A stretch of DNA of 23,008 bases from a virus (lineage: Duplodnaviria > Heunggongvirae > Uroviricota > Caudoviricetes). The notes below the pieces were generated by a model. That model was not told where the DNA came from and did no database searches. It saw only the letters and a program-made list of their open reading frames with translations. A program made the translations under genes and the position numbers. Below are positions 18,200 through 23,008 of this stretch, piece after piece. Position 1 is the first letter of the stretch, and every line of letters starts with the position of its first letter. Location of the stretch: the IMG/VR virus record IMGVR_UViG_3300029162_000080. One strand, given 5' to 3'.

Positions 18200-18386
18200 A
18201 TGCCTACCTTCCTGGTAGGGAAGCTATGGGGAATTACTGGGGAATCCCCCCTTTACCTGCTCCCATTAAACTAACATAGCACGATGTAAGCAACTTCCGC
18301 TTCTGGCACAAAGCGGACAACCACGCTAGCTCTACCCTGTGCCACAAAATGTCAATTTACATCTGAACTAATGCACTTTAATCTCG

Positions 18387-18809
18387 TCACTTCAAAAAAT
18401 ACCGAACATCCCCCTGATAAAACGACAATATCCGCTGCATAACTTCGCTTTTACGACACTCAGTACAAATTATATTATGACGCCTGTCGTAACGACGTAT
18501 TTCTCCATCAGGTAATGACCAGATAAGGTCCGGATCAACCGCAGATGGTTTCTTCAGCTTTGCCCTTGAGAGCTTTTTACGGGCATTTTGCCAGTCCTTA
18601 CGCGCCTCTTCAGACGGGAATAACCCGTAACCAGAGTTGTATACATCGCCACTGGCAACCAGCTCTCTGGCCAGAACGCTCATCAGATATCTTGTTGCCC
18701 CAGTTTTAGCTTCCAGTTGTCGTAACGTCTCGCGCCCACTCTGGCGTACGAGTTCAAGAACCTGCCCTTTAATTTTTTCCCGCTCTTCTTGTGTAAAAAC
18801 TTTTGCCAC
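18387..18809 (-). CDS. Hypothetical protein (140 aa) with HTH-like segment
   Basis: ORF with a candidate helix-turn-helix (…ETLRQLEAKTGATRYLMSVLAREL…) and a basic region; downstream of the 288-aa ORF on the same strand. Confidence 0.45.
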   Translation of the reverse strand: MAKVFTQEEREKIKGQVLELVRQSGRETLRQLEAKTGATRYLMSVLARELVASGDVYNSGYGLFPSEEARKDWQNARKKLSRAKLKKPSAVDPDLIWSLPDGEIRRYDRRHNIICTECRKSEVMQRILSFYQGDVRYFLK

Positions 18810-18849
18810 AAGCCCTCCTGAAAATTACCTCATGACCAGAAATACACAC

Positions 18850-19716
18850 TTACCCCCTGAAGCCCGGTGGAATTTCGGTATCCGGTTCAGAAATATGATT
18901 CACACAACGCTGGTTGTTCGTACCGCTTACCGGGAGCAACCAGGGGTTTTCAAAATTCCGGTCCGGTCCAAAAAACGTCGTCGCTCGCTGAACAAATTCC
19001 GTTCCCGTTTTCCCGGTAGCCGCCAGGTATCTTGCGTAACGCCTCACACCATCCAGCATGGCCTCTGGTGGCACCCCCTCGCGTAATCTGGCCTTCCAGG
19101 CACTGAAAGCGGATTTCTTCGGGTTTGCCCCAGCACGCAACGGGTATTCCCGCCAGACCTGTTCGAACACATCCGGATAATCTACTCGCCCCACAGGCTG
19201 CCCGGTGTTTTCCGGGACTACCCGATCGGCTTCCCGCTGAATGGCGGAATCGGCTTCAGGCTGCTGCAGTTGGTGTGATTGCTCCGGCCTTGCGGTCATC
19301 ACCTGCTGCACAGCGCCCGAATCGGCTTTCAGCGCATACGCTGAATCGGCTTCCGGTGTCGTGCCTGCTGGCTGACCAGGATTGACGGTCTGAACATCCC
19401 CTGCCTGGTTCGTGGCGTTTTTTACGCCATGGACCATAGTGTTTTGATCTTCTTGATCTGTATCTTTATCTGTATCTTTATCTGTCGTGACTCGTCGTGA
19501 CATGTGCGTGACATTTCGTGACGCGCCGTGACAATCGCCATTTTGTTCCCGCTTTCTTTCCCTCTCTCGCTGCGCCCTCTTGCGCTCTGCAGGAGATTTT
19601 GCGGTTTGCGAAATATTGCCGTTGTCTTCTTTAAGCACCTGGCGTTTTTCCCATCCAGTGATTACGCTCTCTGGCCTGGTGATGTGGATGCCGGAAACAT
19701 TGACGGCAGCATCCAT
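18850..19716 (-). CDS. Hypothetical early-region protein; start uncertain (in-frame ATGs at 19716, 19503 and 19437)
   Basis: The C-terminal ~190 aa look protein-like (…FEQVWREYPLRAGANPKKSAFSAWKARLREGVPPEAML…). The N-terminal ~93 codons overlap the repeat array and the 5' part of the divergent plus-strand ORF, so the real start is probably internal. Confidence 0.45.
   Translation of the reverse strand: MDAAVNVSGIHITRPESVITGWEKRQVLKEDNGNISQTAKSPAERKRAQRERERKREQNGDCHGASRNVTHMSRRVTTDKDTDKDTDQEDQNTMVHGVKNATNQAGDVQTVNPGQPAGTTPEADSAYALKADSGAVQQVMTARPEQSHQLQQPEADSAIQREADRVVPENTGQPVGRVDYPDVFEQVWREYPLRAGANPKKSAFSAWKARLREGVPPEAMLDGVRRYARYLAATGKTGTEFVQRATTFFGPDRNFENPWLLPVSGTNNQRCVNHISEPDTEIPPGFRG
19459..19532. 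repeat. Direct-repeat array: two tandem 12-bp units (TGTATCTTTATC) followed by five CGTGAC hexamers phased at 10-11 bp
   Basis: CGTGAC starts at 19486, 19496, 19507, 19517 and 19527 (read directly from the sequence), preceded by TGTATCTTTATC at 19459-19470 and 19471-19482 and by two GATC sites. Confidence 0.8.
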
Positions 19717-21369
19717 CGCTGGGCAAAAAATGAAGTTATCGACAACGACCGCGAAGACTGGAAGCGTATCTCGGCATCAATGCGCAAACAGCCTGATGCC
19801 CTTCGCTACGACCGCCAGACTATTTTTGGCCTTGTCCGTGAACGTCCGATCGACATTCACAAAGACCCTGTGGCACTGAACAAATACATTACTGAATACC
19901 TGAATACAAAGGGCGTGTTTGAAGATGAAGGAACAAATCAGAGCGCAACTGATACTCTCTCGTCGCCAGTACCAGAAACTGATGCAGTGGAAACGGCAAT
20001 TCCAGACAACGAAAAAACCGAATGCAAAGTGGAAGTCGAACCATCTGTAGAACGTGAGGGGCCGTTCTACTTCCTCTTCACCGACAAGGATGGCGAAAAA
20101 TACGGTCGCGCAAACAAACTTTCTGGTCTGGATAAGGCGCTGTCTGCTGGGGCTACTGAAATCACGAAAGAAGAATATTTCGCCCGCAAAAACGGTACAT
20201 ACTCAGGTTCACAACAAAATACTGGTGCATCTGACACGACCGCACAACCAGGGTCAGTAAAAGTTACCGCTGACGAAGTAAACAAAATTATGCAGGCAGC
20301 CAATATCAGCCAGCCTGACGCCGATGAACTGCTTGCAGTATCACGTGGTGAATTTGTTGAAGGGATTAGCGACCCGAATGATCCGAAATGGGTTAAGGGG
20401 ATCCAGACCCGCGATTCTGTGAACCAGAACCAGCAAGAAACGGAACAGAACGACCAGAAAGCGGAACAAAACAGCCCAAATACGCAACAAAACGAGCCAG
20501 AAACGAAACAACCTGAACCAGTAGTGCAACAGGAACCGGAAAAGATCTGCACCGCCTGCGGTCATAGCGGTGGCGGCAACTGCCCTGATTGTGGTGCGGT
20601 GATGGGTGACGCAACATACCAGGAAATATTCGATGGAGAGAATCAGCCTGAAGTTCAGGAAAATGATCCGGAGGAAATGGAAGGCACTGCGCATCAGCAC
20701 AAGGAGAACACTGGCGGCAATCAGCATCATGCCAGCGATAGTAAAACTGGCGAGGCGTCAGATCCCTTAATTAAGGCGAACGGTCATCATAATCTCACAT
20801 CCACCAGCAGAGCGGGGATTCATCTGATGATCGACCTTGAAACCATGGGAAAAAATCCCGATGCCCCGATTATCTCAATAGGTGCAATATTTTTCGATCC
20901 GCAAACCGGAGATATGGGACCGGAATTTAGTAAGACTATCGATCTGGAAACTGCTGGCGGAGTCATTGATCGGGACACCATTAAATGGTGGCTTAAACAA
21001 TCACGCGAAGCGCAATCTGCCATTATGACCGATGAAATCCCGTTAGATGATGCACTGTTACAATTGCGGGAATTTATCGACGAAAACTCCGGTGAATTTT
21101 TTGTTCATGTCTGGGGAAATGGAGCCAACTTCGACAACACGATTTTGCGCCGTTCATACGAACGGCAGGGGATCCCCTGCCCGTGGCGTTACTACAACGA
21201 TCGCGATGTACGCACAATCGTTGAGCTGGGGAAAGCCATAGACTTCGATGCCAGAACGGCTATTCCATTCGAAGGTGAGCGCCATAATGCACTTGATGAC
21301 GCCCGTTACCAGGCAAAATACGTTTCAGTTATCTGGCAAAAACTGATCCCGAGTCAGGCTGATTCTTAA
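19528..21369 (+). CDS. Exonuclease-like protein: C-terminal DEDDh-type 3'-5' exonuclease domain, central C4 zinc ribbon, low-complexity Q/N/E-rich linker
   Basis: C-terminal motifs MIDLETMG (Exo I), HVWGNGANFDNTIL (Exo II) and ERHNALDDARYQAKY (Exo III, His-type). Zinc ribbon CTACGHSGGGNCPDCG. Directly upstream of xis-int in the same orientation, as for recombination genes in lambdoid pL operons. The ORF-track start at 19528 is a GTG inside the repeat array; the true start is probably further downstream (in-frame ATG at 19780). Confidence 0.6.
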   Translation: MTIAILFPLSFPLSLRPLALCRRFCGLRNIAVVFFKHLAFFPSSDYALWPGDVDAGNIDGSIHRWAKNEVIDNDREDWKRISASMRKQPDALRYDRQTIFGLVRERPIDIHKDPVALNKYITEYLNTKGVFEDEGTNQSATDTLSSPVPETDAVETAIPDNEKTECKVEVEPSVEREGPFYFLFTDKDGEKYGRANKLSGLDKALSAGATEITKEEYFARKNGTYSGSQQNTGASDTTAQPGSVKVTADEVNKIMQAANISQPDADELLAVSRGEFVEGISDPNDPKWVKGIQTRDSVNQNQQETEQNDQKAEQNSPNTQQNEPETKQPEPVVQQEPEKICTACGHSGGGNCPDCGAVMGDATYQEIFDGENQPEVQENDPEEMEGTAHQHKENTGGNQHHASDSKTGEASDPLIKANGHHNLTSTSRAGIHLMIDLETMGKNPDAPIISIGAIFFDPQTGDMGPEFSKTIDLETAGGVIDRDTIKWWLKQSREAQSAIMTDEIPLDDALLQLREFIDENSGEFFVHVWGNGANFDNTILRRSYERQGIPCPWRYYNDRDVRTIVELGKAIDFDARTAIPFEGERHNALDDARYQAKYVSVIWQKLIPSQADS

Positions 21370-21441
21370 TGTTCAACTGTCGCCGGTTGTGACTGGTATT
21401 CTGCAACCGGCGCTCGTCTGATGTAAGAGATAAAGAAATCG

Positions 21442-21693
21442 ATGAGCGAAGTAATCATGATTGTCTCTCCCGGCAAATGGGTATCCGAAGAGCAGTTAAT
21501 TGCGCTGAAAGGAATAAAAAAAGGTACGTTAAAAAAGGCCCGGGAAAAATCGTTTATGGAAGGAAGGGAATATAAGCATGTCGCTCATGACGGTATGCCA
21601 TGGGATAACAGTCCATGCTTTTACAACCTGGAAGAAATTGATCGCTGGATTGAGCGCCAGGCATCAGCAAGACCAAGACGTCATCTTACTTGA
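21442..21693 (+). CDS. Putative excisionase (Xis-like, 83 aa)
   Basis: Small ORF immediately upstream of and co-oriented with int; size and position typical of lambdoid xis. Family not verifiable without a search. Confidence 0.5.
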   Translation: MSEVIMIVSPGKWVSEEQLIALKGIKKGTLKKAREKSFMEGREYKHVAHDGMPWDNSPCFYNLEEIDRWIERQASARPRRHLT

Positions 21694-21712
21694 CTAAAAG
21701 CCACACTAACTA

Positions 21713-23008
21713 ATGAGAGAAGTTGAAATGAAATATCCGACAGGCGTGGAAAACCATGGAGGGAAATTACGTATCTGGTTTGTTTATAAAGGCGTAAGAG
21801 TCAGGGAAAACCTGGGGGTTCCTGATACAGCAAAAAACAGGCGCGTTGCAGGTGAGCTACGCGCCTCTGTTTGTTACGCAATAAAAACTGGCGTTTTCGA
21901 CTATGCAAAACAGTTTCCCTCCTCACGCAATCTGGAAAAATTTGGTGAGGCCCGACAAGATTTAACCATAAAAGAACTGGCTGAAAAATTCCTGGCACTG
22001 AAAGAAACTGAAGTCGCAAAAACATCACTCAACACATACCGTGCCGTCATCAAAAATATCCTGAGCATAATCGGTGAAAAAAATCTTGCCTCATCGATTA
22101 ATAAAGAAAAATTACTGGAGGTTCGTAAAGAGCTACTGACTGGATACCAGATCCCCAAAAGTAACTATATTGTTACACAACCAGGGAGATCGGCTGTAAC
22201 TGTAAATAATTACATGACAAATCTTAACGCCGTGTTCCAGTTTGGTGTTGATAACAGTTACCTGGCAGATAACCCGTTTAAGGGGATCTCGCCATTAAAG
22301 GAATCAAGAACCATTCCGGATCCTCTTTCGCGGGAGGAATTCATCCGTCTTATCGATGCGTGCAGAAATCAGCAAGCCAAAAATTTATGGTGTGTTTCTG
22401 TTTATACTGGCGTTCGCCCTGGTGAGCTGTGTGCACTTGGATGGGAGGACATAGATCTGAAAAATGGAACAATGATGATCAGGAGAAATTTAGCAAAAGA
22501 CCGTTTCACGGTACCAAAAACACAGGCGGGAACCAATCGGGTCATTCATCTTATTAAGCCAGCAATCGACGCTCTCCGGAGTCAGATGACATTAACGAGA
22601 CTGAGCAAAGAGCATATCATTGATGTTCACCTCAGAGAGTATGGCAGAACAGAAAAACAAAAATGCACCTTTGTTTTTCAACCTGAAGTGTCAGCGAGAG
22701 TAAAAAATTATGGTGACCATTTTACCGTTGACTCAATAAGGCAGATGTGGGACGCAGCGATAAAACGTGCCGGACTCCGCCATCGAAAATCATATCAGTC
22801 GAGACATACTTATGCCTGCTGGTCGCTGACAGCTGGTGCTAACCCGGCATTTATAGCAAACCAGATGGGCCATGCAGATGCGCAAATGGTATTTCAGGTA
22901 TACGGAAAATGGATGTCTGAAAACAATAATGCACAGGTAGCTTTGTTAAATACACAGTTAAGCGAGTTTGCCCCAACCATGCCCCATAACGAAGCAATAA
23001 AAAATTAA
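21713..23008 (+). CDS. Tyrosine integrase (lambdoid/Rac-type), apparently full length (431 aa)
   Basis: N-terminal PTGVENHGGKLRIWF motif shared with Rac/Qin-type integrases (recalled). C-terminal catalytic region with R…HxxR…Y pattern (…SRHTYACWSL…GHADAQMVFQVYGKW…). The stop codon coincides with the window end. Confidence 0.85.
   Translation: MREVEMKYPTGVENHGGKLRIWFVYKGVRVRENLGVPDTAKNRRVAGELRASVCYAIKTGVFDYAKQFPSSRNLEKFGEARQDLTIKELAEKFLALKETEVAKTSLNTYRAVIKNILSIIGEKNLASSINKEKLLEVRKELLTGYQIPKSNYIVTQPGRSAVTVNNYMTNLNAVFQFGVDNSYLADNPFKGISPLKESRTIPDPLSREEFIRLIDACRNQQAKNLWCVSVYTGVRPGELCALGWEDIDLKNGTMMIRRNLAKDRFTVPKTQAGTNRVIHLIKPAIDALRSQMTLTRLSKEHIIDVHLREYGRTEKQKCTFVFQPEVSARVKNYGDHFTVDSIRQMWDAAIKRAGLRHRKSYQSRHTYACWSLTAGANPAFIANQMGHADAQMVFQVYGKWMSENNNAQVALLNTQLSEFAPTMPHNEAIKN

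Larger units (their letters stand above)
1..23008. mobile_element. Defective lambdoid (Qin-like) prophage; window runs from the tail-fibre/invertase end (left) to the xis-int end (right)
   Basis: Lambdoid gene order on the minus strand (Q, lysis cassette, cos, terminase small/large, W, tail fibre, tfa) with int/xis on the plus strand at the right edge. Several products match K-12 Qin proteins from memory (YdfK, CspI, CspB, CspF, GnsB, HokD). Portal-to-tail genes and cI/cro/O/P are missing. Confidence 0.8.

Noticed and set aside
20067-20730. Minus-strand ORFs 20067..20552, 20341..20730 and 20393..20617
   Set aside because: They are antisense translations of the low-complexity linker region of the exonuclease-like gene (Cys/Phe/Ser-rich or Leu/Arg/Phe-rich artefacts).

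Overview
This 23-kb window is almost entirely a defective lambdoid prophage of the E. coli Qin type. I recognised it from memory of K-12 Qin proteins (YdfK, CspI, CspB, CspF, GnsB, HokD, and by synteny YdfR, YdfU and the Q antiterminator); no database search or computation was possible, and all coordinates are hand-derived from the ORF track. The late operon runs leftward on the minus strand: Q, a pR'/qut-like promoter and palindromic terminator, a moron island (cspB, cspF, a zinc-ribbon ORF), the lysis cassette (pinholin, YdfR-like, SAR endolysin, Rz/Rz1), further morons (cspI, gnsB), a lambda-like cos site, small and large terminase, gpW, a portal-N-terminus::tail-fibre-C-terminus fusion ORF, and tfa. 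A Pin-family serine invertase and ydfK sit at the left edge; an exonuclease-like gene, xis and int run rightward at the right edge. The head/tail morphogenesis block and any recognisable cI/cro/O/P module are absent, so the element is cryptic. The most interesting cargo is an AT-rich two-gene operon (16379-17819, minus strand) encoding a cGAS/DncV-like (SMODS-type) nucleotidyltransferase and a two-TM SLATT-like membrane protein, which I propose as a candidate minimal CBASS-like anti-phage module. Other points of note are a helically phased array of five CGTGAC repeats in a divergent intergenic region, a lone hokD without relBE, an integrase 3' fragment, and a possible inactivating Arg-to-Cys substitution in the invertase.
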